Assembly: GCF_036365525.1 (NCBI RefSeq)
Contig: NC_090396.1
Location: 71,383,111 to 71,447,110 of the forward strand
Length of the DNA stretch: 64,000 nt
DNA from: Heterodontus francisci
Lineage: Eukaryota
Reading direction: 5' to 3'
The notes beneath the pieces are model-generated. The model ran no database searches. It was not told the origin of the DNA and saw only the letters and a program-made list of their open reading frames with translations. Positions 36,848 through 47,580 of the stretch are shown here, in pieces; within the stretch, counting starts at the first letter, position 1; every line of letters starts with the position of its first letter. The position numbers and the translations under genes are program-made.

Positions 36848-38706
36848 AAATGCAATTTAAAAAAGGAATTAGGAGAGCGAAGAGGGAACATGAAAAAACA
36901 CTGGCAGACAAGATAAAGGAAAATCCTAAGGCATTTTATAAGTATATTAAGGGCAAGAGGATAATCAGGGAAAGAGTAGGGCCCATTAGGGACCAAAATG
37001 GCAATCTGTGTGTGGAGCCGGAGAACATAGGTGAGGTTTTAAATTATTACTTTTCATCTGTGTTCGCTATGGAGAAGGACGATGTAGGTGTAGAGATCAG
37101 GGAAAGGAATTGTGATATACTTGAACATATTAGCATTGAAAGGAAGGAAGTATTAGCTGTTTTAGCAGGCTTAAAAGTGGATAAATCCCCAGGCCCAGAT
37201 GAGATGTATCCCAGACTGTTATGTGAGGCAAGGGGGGAGATAGCAGGGGCTCTGATACAAATTTTCAAATCCTCTCTGGCCACAGGAGAGGTACCAGAGG
37301 ATTGGAGGACAGCAAATGTGGTACCATTATTCAATAAGGGTGGCAGGGATAAACCAGGTAATTACAGGCTGGTGAGTCTAACATCAGTGATAGGAAAACT
37401 ATTGGGAAAAACTAATGAGGGACAGGATTAATCAGGGATAGTCAGCATGGCTTTGTCAGGGAGATCGTGTCTAACTAACTTGATTGAATTTTTTGAGGTG
37501 GTGATTAGATGTATAGATCAGGATTAATCAGTTGATGTAGTCTACATGGGCTTCAGTAAGGCTTTTGATAAGGTCCCGCATGGGAGATTGGTTAAGAAGG
37601 TAAGAGCCCATGGGATCCAGGGCAATTTGGCAAATTGGATCCAAAATTGGCATAGTGGCAGGAGGCAGAGGGTGATGGTCAAGGATTGTTTTTGCGAGTG
37701 GAAGGCTGTGCCCAGTGGTGTACCACAGGAATCGGTGCTGGGACCCTTGCTGTTTGTAGTGTACATTAATGATTTAGACGTGAATATAGGAGGTATGATC
37801 AATAGGTTCGCAGATGACACATGAATTGGTGGTGTCGTAAATAGTGAGGAGGAAAGCCTTAGATTACAGGACGATATAGATTGGTTGGTAAGATGGGTGG
37901 AGCAGTGGCAAATGGAATTTAATCCTGAGAAGTGTGAGGTGATGTATTTTGGGAGGACTAACAAGGCAAGGGAATATACAATGGATGGTAGGACCCTTGG
38001 AAGTACAGAGGGACCTTGGTGTACTTGTCCATAGATCACTGAAGGCAGCAGCACAGGTAGATAAGGTAGTTAGGAAGGCATATGGGATACTTGCCTTGAT
38101 TAACCAAGGCATAGAATACAAAAGCAGGGAGGTTATGATGGAGCTGTATAAAACACTAGTTAGGCCACAGCTGGAGTACTGTGTACAATTCTGGTCAACA
38201 CACTATAGGAAGGATGTGATTGCACTGGAGAGGGTGCAGAGGAGATTCACCAGGATGTTGCCTGGGCTGGAGCATTTCAGCTATGAAGAGAGACTGGATA
38301 GGCTAGGGTTGTTTTCCTTATAGCAGAGAAGGCTGAGGGGGGACTTGATTGAGGTATATAAAATTATGAGGGGCATTGATAGGAAGAAACTGTTTCCCTT
38401 CGCGGAGGGGTCAATAACCAGGGGGCATAGATTTAAGGTAAAGGGTAGGTGGTTTAGAGGGGTTTTGAGGAAAAAAAACTTCCACCCAGCGGGTGGTTGC
38501 AATCTGGAACGCATTGCCTGAAGATGTGGTAGAGGCAGGAACCCTCACAACATTTCAGAAGTATTTAGATGAGCATTTTAAATGCTATAGCATACAAGGC
38601 TACGGGCCAAGTGCAGGAAAATGGGATTAGAATAGTTAGGTGCTTGATGGCCAACACAGACACGATGGGCCGAAGGGCCTATTTCTGTGCTGTGTAACTC
38701 TATGAC
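36848..38706 (+). mobile_element. 5'-truncated CR1 LINE, same subfamily as 26569-31328
   Basis: 197-aa ORF KENPKAFYKYIKGKR...KSPGPDEMYPRLL...NYRLVSLTS; RFADDT; tail gtaactctatgact. Confidence 0.93.
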
Positions 38707-39585
38707 TTTTTTTTTCTTTTTAGAGATGTGGGATTGCCAGTCCTATGAGTAGCTTTGGGGCCCAACATTACGCTATCTGCAAAAAAAAAAGTTGCTGTGA
38801 AGTATTGGATCTTTTATTTAAAATACATGCCTTTATGTTTGGGACTATATGCTGGTGTTGGTCCAGTGAAGATGGAATGCAGTACATGTCATTAAGAGTT
38901 GAATTCCTGAGATTCTCCTGCCCCAGAAGATGTTATGATAAGGGAAGCCAATTTTTGCTAGCAATTGGAGTATTTCCACTGTTGTGTTCGATCGGTGCAT
39001 CAGCCCCTCTCTGTCTCTTCCCCTCACAACATGCAGCTGCCATGTTTGACAAGCACCAGCTGCCTTCCAGACCCTTGTCCAAGTGACCATTATGCAGGTG
39101 TGGACCTCGTTGGCATTTACAGGTTATTCATTTATTGAGGGGCAACACCACCCAGCGTGGTTCTGTCTTCACCTACTGTCCACACACCATATCTTTTAGC
39201 AGGACCCCCTGGATACTGAACAAGAGCCTGAACGAAGGTTGCATGTGGGAGGATGGTCAGAGTATTGGAATACTTGAGTCTAGAGGTAACAAAGGCATCG
39301 ATGGGGGTTTTAGCAGCAGATGAGCTAAGGCAGGGATGGAGATGAGCGATGTGGAAGTTGGTATTGGATGATGTCTGCACAGCCTACAGAGAAACTAAAA
39401 TTGCTGAACCACAAAACGCTTTGCGTGTATTTATGTCTTTTGTCCAGTCAGTAATCACAAGGAAGTGTATAATGGAAATACCATTCTTCCAGTACGTTAT
39501 TAGAAAGGGTATTGCTAGTCTGTGCTGGAATGGAGTACAGCCTGATCCCACCATGCTTTTCATTGAGTTTGCTTTTTTTTTCCAG

Positions 39586-39793
39586 ATCACTGGAAGTGCT
39601 GTACAGACGCGTGACATTCTGAAGCACCACTTCAATGAGTTGAAAGCCAAGCTGACCAAGCTGCTGGATGAACGGTTAGTGTTGCTGCTCCAGGACGTGG
39701 ATAAAGTTGAGCAGGAGAGCATCAAGCCCCTTGACGACTGTCAGAAGTTAATCGAGCATGGTGTGAACACGGCGGACGAGCTACTCCGAGAAG
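39586..39793 (+). CDS. CRLF3: CRLF3 coding exon 2 (ITGSAVQTRDILKHHFNELKAKL...VNTADELLRE), 208 nt
   Basis: Acceptor tttttttccag|ATC, donor GAAG|gtaag; matches CRLF3 IKESASQTRDVLKQHFNDLK...IKPLDDCQKLIEHGVNTA. Confidence 0.97.
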
Positions 39794-39842
39794 GTAAGAC
39801 CGATAGCACCCGACTGCCTACCAAAACACCCATACCAACATC

Positions 39843-40320
39843 GGCTTAGTGGGTAGCACTTTCGCCTCTGAGTCAGAAGGTTCAAGTCCCACTCCAGAGA
39901 CTTGAGCATATAATCCAGGCTGACATTCCCAGTGTAGTACTGGGAGAGCTGCACTTTTGTAGGGGAATAGTACTGTCAGAGATGCTGTCTTTCGGATGAG
40001 GCGTTAAACCGAGGCCCTGTCTGCACTTTCTGGTGGACATAAAAGATTCCATGGCACTATTTCAAAGAAGAGCAGGGAGTTCTCCCTGGTGCCCTGGAAA
40101 ATATTTATTCCTCAACCTACATTTGTTTTTTAAAAAAAAAAACATTATCTGCTCATTATCACATTGCTGTTTTCGGGAGTTTTCTGTGTGCAAATTGGCT
40201 GGTGCATTTCCTACGTTACAACAGTGACCACACTTCAAAAATTGACTCTAAAGTACTTTTGGACATCCTAAGATTGTGAATGGCACTGTATAAATCCAAG
40301 TCTATCTTTTTTTCTTTTTC
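39843..40320 (+). mobile_element. Full-length Deu-domain tRNA SINE (SacSINE1-like)
   Basis: Head ggcttagtgggtagcact...ggttcaagtccc; Deu-like core ttcggatgaggcgttaaaccgaggccc; tail tataaatccaagtct. Other copies ~2930-3080, ~3985-4175, 16285-16440 (-), 17140-17278 (-), 41490-41800, 48200-48375 (-), ~56990-57375. Confidence 0.82.
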
Positions 40321-40968
40321 TTTCTGGCATTCCCTTACTCCTCTCTCGGCTGAGTAGAGGCTGCCTGCCTCAAAGACACCTAGTGGCATCAGCAAGAAGT
40401 GCAGTTGAAATTTTGTTTAGATCGTGTCAGGATGTGAGAACTGCTGCCAAGGCAGAAAAGCATTTGCGTGGACAGCTGACTGCACAGTAGTGATGTATCC
40501 AAGAATTATAAGTACACTGCACATGCTGAGACTGGACAATCCAAACTAGGGCCACCGAGTCACAAATTAGGACAAAAATATTAGAGAGGGCTCCCAGTAA
40601 TAACTTTAATGAATGGTTTAATTAATGTGTATTTTAAAGCTTTCAATGGATAAATTCAACTATTCTGTGCTGTAAATACTATGTAATTGTATGTAATGAC
40701 TGCACTAAACAATGAAGAGCTCACCCAGAGCTGGGTAGCCAGGATAATGATACTTCAGGAGGGGATATGAAGGGTGGGAGGAGGCTTGTGTGAAGTATTA
40801 ACACTGGCCTGGACCAGTTGGGATGAATTGCCTGTTTCTCTGCTATAATTCTATATCATTAACTCTCATTTTGAACATTAGAGGTTTTGTGGTGGGGGTG
40901 GAATGGCATTTGGAAAGAAATCTTAGACTAAAGGGATTGCCCTGCAAAGGTTGCTTGGCTGACAGAGT

Positions 40969-41327
40969 CAAAGAACAGTACAGCACAGGAACAGGCCATT
41001 CGGCCCTCCAAGCCTGCGCCGATCTTGATGCCTGCCTTAACTAAAATCTTCTGCACCTCCGGGGACCTTATCCCTCTATTCCCATCCTATTCGTGTATTT
41101 GTCAAGATGCCTTTTAAACGTCATTATCGTACCTGCTTCCACCATCTCCCCCGGCAGCAAGTTCCAGGCACTCACCACCCTCTGTGTAAAGAACTTGCCT
41201 CGCACATCCCCTCTATACTTTGCCCCTCTCACCTTAAACCTATGTCCCCTAGTAACTGACTCTTCCACCCTGGGGAAAAGCTTCTGACTATCCACTCTGT
41301 CCATGCCGCTCATAACTTTGTAAACCT
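40969..41327 (-). mobile_element. CR1 3' fragment abutting the exon-3 acceptor
   Basis: VYKVMSGMDRVDSQKLFPRVEES...; reverse complement of ~13627-13958. Confidence 0.9.
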
Positions 41328-41347
41328 TTTTTTTTACTATTTTACAG

Positions 41348-41432
41348 GAGAGGCCGCTGTGCTCTGTGGGATGGCAGAGGAGGAGAAACTTGGAAACTTC
41401 GCAAAAAAAGCCCTGCAAATCCAACTCGACAG
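41348..41432 (+). CDS. CRLF3: CRLF3 coding exon 3 (GEAAVLCGMAEEEKLGNFAKKALQIQLDS), 85 nt
   Basis: Acceptor ttttacag|GA, donor AG|gtcaat; phases fit exons 2 and 4; resembles CRLF3 GEIAMLGGVGEENEKLWSFTKKASHIQLDS. Confidence 0.93.
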
Positions 41433-41914
41433 GTCAATATTTTTCTTCTTGATCAAATTATTTCTCGCCTTTGCTCCATTTTTAAAGGCGAGCACAGAGT
41501 ATAGAGATTTGAGCAAATAATCCACACTGACACTCCTTGTGCCGCACTGAGGGAGCACTGCACTGTCGGAGGTAGCATATTTTGGATGAGACATTAAACT
41601 GAGGCCTCATCTGCCCTCTCCGGTGGACATGAAAGATCCCATGAGACTGTTTTGAGGAAGAGCAGGCGAGTTCTCCCCAGTGTTCTGGTCAATATCTATC
41701 CTTCAACCAACACCACTAAAACATCAGATTATCCTTATCACATTGCTGTTTGTACTTCATTGGTTATACCTCTGAATGCCCTGAGATTGTGAAAGGTGTC
41801 TGTTTCTGTGTCCGTCTGTCTCTCTGTGACCTGGGTGTGTATGTACACAAATCGTGGAAGGTGACAGGACAGGCTCAGAAAGTGGTTAAAAAGGCATATG
41901 GGATGCTGGGCTTT

Positions 41915-42950
41915 TTTTTTTATTCGTTCATGGGATTTGGGCGTCACTGGCTAGGCCAGCATTTATTGCCCATCCCTAATTGCCCTTGAGAAGCTGGTGG
42001 TGAGCTGCCTTCTTGAACTGATATAGTCCTTGGGGTGTAGGTACATCCACGGTACTGTTGGGAAGGGAGTTCCATGATTTTTGACCCAGCGACAGTGAAG
42101 GAACAGCGATATAATTCCAAATCAGGATGGTGTGTGGCTTGGAGAGGAACTTGCAGATGGTGGTGCTCCCATGCATCTGCTGCCCTTGTCCTTCTAGGTG
42201 GTAGAGGTCGTGGGTTTGGAAAGTGCTGTCGAAGGAGTCTTGGTGCGTTTTGTGCAGTGCATCATGTATATGGTCCACATTGCTGCCACTGTGCGTCGGT
42301 GGTGAAGGGAGTGAATGTTGAAGGTGCCATTCAAGTGGGCTGCTTTGTCCTGGATGGTTTCGAGCTTCTTGAGTGTTGTTGGAGCTGCACCCATCCAGGC
42401 ATATGGAGAGTATTCCATCACACTCCTGATTTGTGCCTGGTGGACAGGCATTACAGAGTCAGGCGGTGAGTTAATCGCTGCAGAATTCCCAGTGTCTGAC
42501 CTGCTTTGTAGCCACAGTATTTAGTTTATATGGTTGGTCCAATTCAGTTTCTGGTCAATGGTAATCCCCAGGATATTAATAGTGGGGTTTCAGCGATGGT
42601 AATGTCATTTAATGTCATGGGGAGATGGTTAGATTCTTTCTTGTTTGAGATGGTCATTGCCTTTCACTTGTGTGGCACGAATGTTACTTGCCACTTATCA
42701 GCCCAAACCTGGGTGTTGTCCTGGTCTCATTGCATTTCTACACAGACTGCTTCAGTATCTGAAGAGTCGCGAATGGTGCAGAACATTGTGCAATCATCAG
42801 CGAATATCCGCAGTTCTGACCTTTGTGATGAAGGGAAGGTGATTGATGAAGCAGCTGAAGATGGTTGGGCCCAGGCCACTAGCCTGAGGAACTCCTGTAG
42901 TGATGTCCTGGGACTGAGATGATTGACCTCCAACAGCCACAACCATCTTC
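41915..42950 (-). mobile_element. Second CR1/L2-group LINE family, RT to 3' end
   Basis: GVPQASGLGPTIFSCFIN, FADDCT, AQIRSVMEYSPYAWMGAAPTTLKKL; 3' fragments also at ~3420-3600, 16450-16705, ~25995-26160 (-) and ~52030-52320 (+). Confidence 0.82.
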
Positions 42951-43135
42951 CTTTGAATATTTTTAAGGCAGAGGTAGATAGATTCTTGATCAGCAAGAGG
43001 GTGAAAGGTTATTGGGGGTAGGCGGGAATGTGGAGTTGAGGTTACAATCAGATCAGCCATGATCTTGTTGAATGGCGGAGCAGGCTTCAGCGGCCAAGTG
43101 GCCTACTCCTACTCCTAATATGTATGTTCATATGC
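42951..43135 (+). mobile_element. CR1 3' tail fragment
   Basis: Reverse complement of 43270-43440. Confidence 0.8.
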
Positions 43136-43269
43136 TACTGTTCCCAACATTTTGTGATGTTGTGCAGAATTGTTGAATTCAAGGCCAGGGCTTCTCAAGT
43201 GCTCTGTGGAGAGATGCTGCTTGGGAGAGGGATGCAAGTATTAGATTGGTTCAGGGATTTACAAGCATG

Positions 43270-43806
43270 CATATTAGGAGCAGGGGTAGGCCACTCGGCC
43301 CCTCAAACCAGCTCTGTCATTCAAGAAGATCATGGCTGACCTGATTGTAACCTCAACTCCACATTCCCGCCAGCCCCAATAACCTTCCACTCCCTTGCTG
43401 ATCAAGAATCTATCTACCTCTGCCTTAAAAATATTCAAAGACTCTGCTTCCACTGCCTTTTGAGGAAAAGAGTTCCTAAAACTCATGACCCTCAGAGACA
43501 AAATTTCTCCTCATCTGCCTTAAATGGGCAATCCCTTATTTTTAAACAGTGACCCCTGGTTCGAGATCCTCCCAAAAAAGGAAACATCCTTTCGACATCC
43601 ACCCTGTCAAGACCCCTCAGAATCTTTGTATGTTTCAATCAAGTTGCCTCTTACTCTTCTAAACTCCAGCAGATACAAGCCTATCCTGTCCAACCTTTCC
43701 TCATAAGACAACCCGCCCATTCTAGGTATTAGTCTAGTAAACCTGCTCTGAACTGCTTCCAGCGCATTTACATCCTTCTTTAAATAAGGAGACCAATACT
43801 GTACAG
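43270..43806 (-). mobile_element. CR1 3' fragment
   Basis: VQYWSPYLKKDVNALEAVQSRFTRLIP...RGNLIETYK. Confidence 0.88.
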
Positions 43807-43917
43807 AGGGAGAATAACGTGCCCCAATATGCATACATCTCCTGTTATCTGATGTCCTGCTACGTGTTTACTGAAATGTCCATTTTTTTTTTCCCTTCTG
43901 GTTCCTTTTTAATCCAG

Positions 43918-44095
43918 TTTGCCAGAAGTCCCTTCACTGGTGGAAGTGCCATGTTTATCAGCTCAATTAGACGAAAGCTTCCTCAGTTTTGTCAAGGATC
44001 GAATCTTTAGCCATGGAGCAATAGCATCTCGTCCTCCTGTCCAGATAGAGGAACTGATCGAAAGGCCTGGAGGGATTCGTGTCCGATGGTGCAAG
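43918..44095 (+). CDS. CRLF3: CRLF3 coding exon 4 (LPEVPSLVEVPCLSAQLDES...PGGIRVRWCK), 178 nt
   Basis: Acceptor tttaatccag|T, donor AAG|gtgatc; ORF track 43919..44122 matches CRLF3. Confidence 0.97.
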
Positions 44096-45485
44096 GTGAT
44101 CAAATATCCAAAATGGAACTGAACATGGATCCCCAAATGGAGACATTTTTTTTTCCTTTTTCCCCATCTCTCTTCACCTGTCCCTCTTCCACCCAACCCC
44201 ACATCCTTCACCAGAAAGAGTTAATGGAGACAGAAATTGTATGGGGAGTGCTTAATTCATATTAAAAGGGGCTATAACTTCTGACTGATTTCAGAGCTAA
44301 CCTAGAACCTACTGACCCAATGGGAAGAGCTGCTACATCTGAACAGGAGTATGCCATTCGGCTCCTTGAGCCTGTTTCCCCCATTAAATTAGAGTGGACA
44401 TTAAGATCCCAGCAGTGAACTTGCTGTTGCCACCCCACCTTGTAGCTGTTTTAATGCCTCTGCTGTCTTGGGCAGTTGAGGATCACATCTGAAACGGGTG
44501 GAAGCCTGGTGATTACATGTCATTCAGGGTTGTGCAATCGTCATTTGGGCCCCGATGCAATTTTCACAGGATGGGGAGCAGAGATTCTGCTGCAGACAGT
44601 CCCCTCAGTGAAACATGGTGGATTCCCAGTCGGAGATATCTGTTAAGTAAGTTTAATGCTTCTCTTTGTGGGCCCCCTTCACCTACCCTCTCTCTCTCTG
44701 CCCCGTTTACCTGATCACTGGTCAGTCACGCTCCAGGCTTCCTGATCATCTTAAGCCCAAAGCTAACGAGCTGCCTGTGGATGTCCATTCTGGGCAGGCA
44801 GCTGACCAATGGAATGATGATTTTTTTCCCCAAGGTGTCCCACTGCAGCTCCTCTAGGAGGTAAGATTCCCCCACCCCAATACTCTCTGATTTGTCTGAC
44901 TCCCTCAGGGACTAGCCAAGCACAAGAAGTTGGAATAGTTACACTGGTGCTCGCTCGAGACTGGGATTGAGGAATGTTGTACAAAGTAGAGAGCGTGTTG
45001 TGCCCTGTCTGACATCTCTGTCCTTCGGATGACGAGAGGTAGTAAAAGTATTCACTGATATTCCATCACTCTGAGCACAAAAAGTAATTTATTTTTTCCC
45101 TCGCTCCCTCCCAAAAATTCTGAATGTGCTGTTTTGGCTCCCCTGAATGATGCACAACTTTGTTATTCATTCACTTACCAAGTCAAATATTTTTAAGTCA
45201 TTTAATAGAGGTGTTCAAAATTATGAGGGGTTTTCAGAGTAAAAAAAGAAGAAATTGTTTCTTCTGGTAGGAGGGTCAGTAACTAGAGGACACAAATTTA
45301 AGATAATTGGCAAAAAAAGAGGGGAGAAGAGAATTTTTTTTTTTTTTTTTAGAAGAGTTGTTCTGATCTAGAATGCAATCCCTGAAAGGGTGGTGGAAGC
45401 AAATTCAGTAACTTTTTTTCAAATGAATTGGATGAATACTTGAAGAAACAATTTGCAAGGCTATGAGGAAAGAGCAGCGGAGTAA

Positions 45486-45805
45486 GCACAGTGGCGCAAT
45501 GGTTAGCACTGTAGCCTCACAGCTCCAGGGACCCGGGTTCGATTCTGGGTACTGCCTGTGCGGAGTTTGCAAGTTCTCCCTGTGACCACATGGGTTTTCG
45601 CCGGGTGCTCCGGTTTCCTCCCACAGCCAAAGACTTGTAGGTTGATAGGTAAATTGACCATTGTAAAATTGCCCCTAGTGTAGGTAGGTGGTAGGGGAAT
45701 ATGGGATTACTGTAGGGTTAGTATAAATGGGTGGTTGTTGGTCGGCACAGACTTGGTGGGCCGAAGGGCCTGTTTCAGTGCTGTATCTCTAAATAGATAA
45801 ATAAA
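45486..45805 (+). mobile_element. Full-length V-SINE inserted in an older CR1 3' fragment (~45200-45870)
   Basis: gcacagtggcgcaatggttagcact...gggttcgattc; CR1 tail resumes at 45806 (gactaattggatagctctttc). Confidence 0.88.
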
Positions 45806-46429
45806 GACTAATTGGATAGCTCTTTCACAGAGCAAACACAAGCACGATGGGCCGAATGGCTCCATACTTGTAAGTGTTTTAACATGGGAAACTAGTTGTG
45901 ACAATTCTGACCATGCATCTCTGGATGCAACCCCCAGAGGGAGCAGAGCAGCTGTATTGGTTACAAAAGGGAAAATACTGCAAATGTTGGAAATTCTGAA
46001 ATATAAACAGAAAATAATGGAAATACTCCTCTGGTCAGCAGTATTAGTTAATTCAGCCCTGATTTCTGTCTTCAGGTTCAAATCAGTCCAATTTTGATTT
46101 CTGCAGCTTTAAGATCCCACTGAATCTCAAGTGTTACTAGCATTCAATTTTCCAGTCTAACGTAATTCACAGAATTATTCATAACTCCACTGTGCAAACT
46201 TGGGACAATGTCAGTCCGTAAGTACAGCAGCGATGGGCGGGTGGGACTTGAATTTGGTTCAAACTTGGTATGTAACTCTGGGTTTGCTGGATGGAGGAAG
46301 GTGGTGGTGGCCCTTCCTGGCCTCTGTGGCTCACTGCCGTGCTGGGAAGTGCAGTTCCTCGCTGACGGGGCCATGACTTTGTAAATGATGCCGATTGAAG
46401 CTAACAAATGTTTTGTGTTTTGCCGTTAG

Positions 46430-46652
46430 GAGGATGATGACTTTGTGACGCAGGAGTATCGGCTGCAGTTCTGTAAAAACACTGCCTGCCATTTCGACGA
46501 TGTCTATATTGGACCTGATACCGAATTTGTAGTTTTGCACATTGACCCGAATGTTGGCTACACGTTCCGTGTGTGTGCTCGGGGAGAGGGACGTATGGAG
46601 TGGAGCCCTTGGAGTATTCCACAGAGCGGGTACACCACTCTGACTGCACACG
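46430..46652 (+). CDS. CRLF3: CRLF3 coding exon 5, FN3 domain with WSXWS motif (WSPWS at 46601-46615), 223 nt
   Basis: Acceptor gccgttag|GAG, donor CACG|gtcagt; EDDDFVTQEYRLQF...FRVCARGEGRMEWSPWSIPQ. Confidence 0.97.
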
Positions 46653-46779
46653 GTCAGTTAGTCCATTAATGGCAAAGCTCTCGGGATTTCTGTGTTTGAC
46701 AGCTGAAGGGTTATATTCCTGAAGTCCAGTCCAGTGCAGGCCCCCCATGGGAGGTGCTGCCTGTTGCTGTGATCCTGCC

Positions 46780-47195
46780 CCTTCCCTCCTTTCTCTCCTT
46801 TCCCTACCCCTGCTGCACACTCACTTGCTGGCTCCTCTTCCCCCATTCATGCTTGTGCATGTGTTCTCTCACACTCTCTCTGTGTCTCTTTCTCTCTCTC
46901 ATCTCTTCCCCCCCCCCCCCCCCCCAACATCCACATGTTTCTCTCTCTGTCTCCCCCCCCCCCCCCCCCCCCCCGCTCTTGTGCTCTCTTGCCCCCCTCC
47001 CACGTGCTCTCTCTCTGTCCTCCCTCCATAAGTGCTCTTTTCCCACCCCCATCTGCTCATGATCTGTCTCTTTCCCTGTCCCCCACTCTTGCACTCTCTT
47101 CCTCCCTCACACATTTTCTCTTTTTTTTTCTCTCTCTCTCTCTTTCTGTCTCTTTCTCTCTCTGTCCCCTCCTCCACGCTCACTCACAATTTCTC
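46780..47195. repeat. Polypyrimidine low-complexity tract with (CT)n and two long poly-C runs
   Basis: Direct reading; poly-C near 46907-46925 and 46953-46974. Confidence 0.9.
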
Positions 47196-47447
47196 TAGAC
47201 CAGGAGCCCTGAGGCAGGGTACTCAATCTGAGACCTTCCTGGTCTGTAAGCCTTAGTATTATACGCAATGCTGTACTTTTGACCCTTAGTCGAGAACATT
47301 CTGTGTGTCCTGTTTAGATATTAAAAATATCGCGAATAAGGCTGAGTTATTTTCTGGGTAACTAAGGGTAAATCCTTATCTAAGAGAGCTAACTGAAATT
47401 TAAATAGGTATTACTGCACACTGATGAATGCTGAATCTTGTTGATAG

Positions 47448-47580
47448 AGTGGATCACAGGCTGCGAAGGGTTTAGTCTCAGCAGTCGTAGAGACATGGCA
47501 CTCAGGAATGACTCTCCTTCTTCTGGTGTGTTGTACTCCAAGGAACCCACTTACACCAGTGGTCAGACCCTGACATTTCG
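47448..47580 (+). CDS. CRLF3: CRLF3 coding exon 6 (EWITGCEGFSLSSRRDMALRNDSPSSGVLYSKEPTYTSGQTLTFR), 133 nt
   Basis: Acceptor ttgatag|AG, donor TTCG|gtaagt; manual translation matches CRLF3 EWTAGFEGYSLSSRRNIALRNDS. Confidence 0.96.

Noticed and set aside
39349-39585. 5' extension of the 166-aa ORF 39349..39849
   Set aside because: Only 39586-39793 matches CRLF3 and has splice sites; the rest is intronic read-through including the polypyrimidine tract.
16231-39585. Nested protein-coding gene in the 23.4-kb intron
   Set aside because: No non-TE ORF with recognisable homology or consistent exon chain on either strand; small exons or ncRNAs cannot be excluded by eye.
45486-45560. tRNA-like sequence with A and B boxes
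   Set aside because: Head of a V-SINE repeated several times in the window; not a tRNA gene.
46747-47256. Pro-rich and Gly/Arg/Glu-rich ORFs
   Set aside because: Artefacts of poly-C and (CT)n low complexity.
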